The position numbers were made by a program, and so were the translations under genes. Source: Amphiscolops sp. MND2022 (Eukaryota). From it: a stretch of 64,000 nt of DNA. This document shows, piece after piece, positions 63,600-64,000 of the stretch. A model generated the notes under the pieces. The model was not told where the DNA came from. It saw only the letters and a program-made list of their open reading frames with translations, and ran no database searches. Numbering within the stretch: position 1 is the first letter of the stretch; each line of letters starts with the position of its first letter. The stretch lies in contig OZ076409.1 of assembly GCA_964187785.1 (NCBI GenBank), forward strand, positions 40,860,001 to 40,924,000, written 5' to 3'.

Positions 63600-64000
63600 A
63601 TAAATTGACAGCCAATTAGAGTTTGTTGGTCAACAGGCCAATGTCTTTTTGTCGGTATCCGTATACTATTTTGTTCAGTTGAATGTCAGGTTTCCTGTGT
63701 ATGCCACATACCCCCTCCGGCAGCGTGGTCCGGGTAAAGTTTAATAAAATCTCACATAGGACCGTATTAAACGGATTTCTTTATCCTCTTGCCGTATTTT
63801 ACGGTAGTCTTCTTCTCTACTGTGCTCTGTTGTTGTTGTCGTCGTCGTATTCTTTTGGATTTTCTGACGGGTTGTAACGGTTCTAATGTTGTATTTTCTT
63901 CTGTTGTAGATACCTTGTTCGGAGGTTAGTTTGTCTTCTTTTGGGAGAGTTGCAGCTCATCGCCTAGACTGGCATACACCGCCTCGCCGTCGGATTTATT
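63600..64000 (-). mobile_element. 3' end of an LTR retrotransposon (pol tail, PPT, start of 3' LTR)
   Basis: Minus strand reads ...LEPLQPVRKSKRIRRR..., then GGAGGGGGTA followed by TGTGGCAT at 63708. Confidence 0.45.

Overview
AT-rich, repeat-saturated eukaryotic (probably invertebrate animal) DNA. I can support no intact host gene, rRNA, CRISPR array or prokaryotic-style operon. The centrepiece is a young Ty3/Gypsy-type LTR retrotransposon (42044-53338) with a GGTAG target-site duplication and ~2.1-2.2 kb LTRs that are ~99% identical. Its architecture is unusual in four ways. (i) Gag starts inside the LTR and reads through the LTR end and PBS. (ii) An A-AAA-AAC -1 frameshift leads into a pol with protease and a dUTPase-like segment, truncated by an internal deletion that removed RT/RNase H/integrase. 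(iii) An ANTISENSE gene with four frame-preserving phase-1 GT-AG introns encodes an acidic N-terminus, a BED-like C2H2 finger and a degenerate hAT-transposase-like body whose first catalytic Asp appears lost. (iv) A nef-like sense ORF runs across the PPT into the 3' LTR. A related 2.36 kb solo LTR (53730-56089, TSD TCTAC) also encodes a Gag leader. The rest of the window holds a 2.8 kb tandem duplication, decayed Gypsy elements, two CATTA-ended CACTA-like non-autonomous elements, Helentron-like (HINE) short elements, a 200 bp palindrome and two minisatellites. All family assignments come from motifs read by eye, not from database searches.
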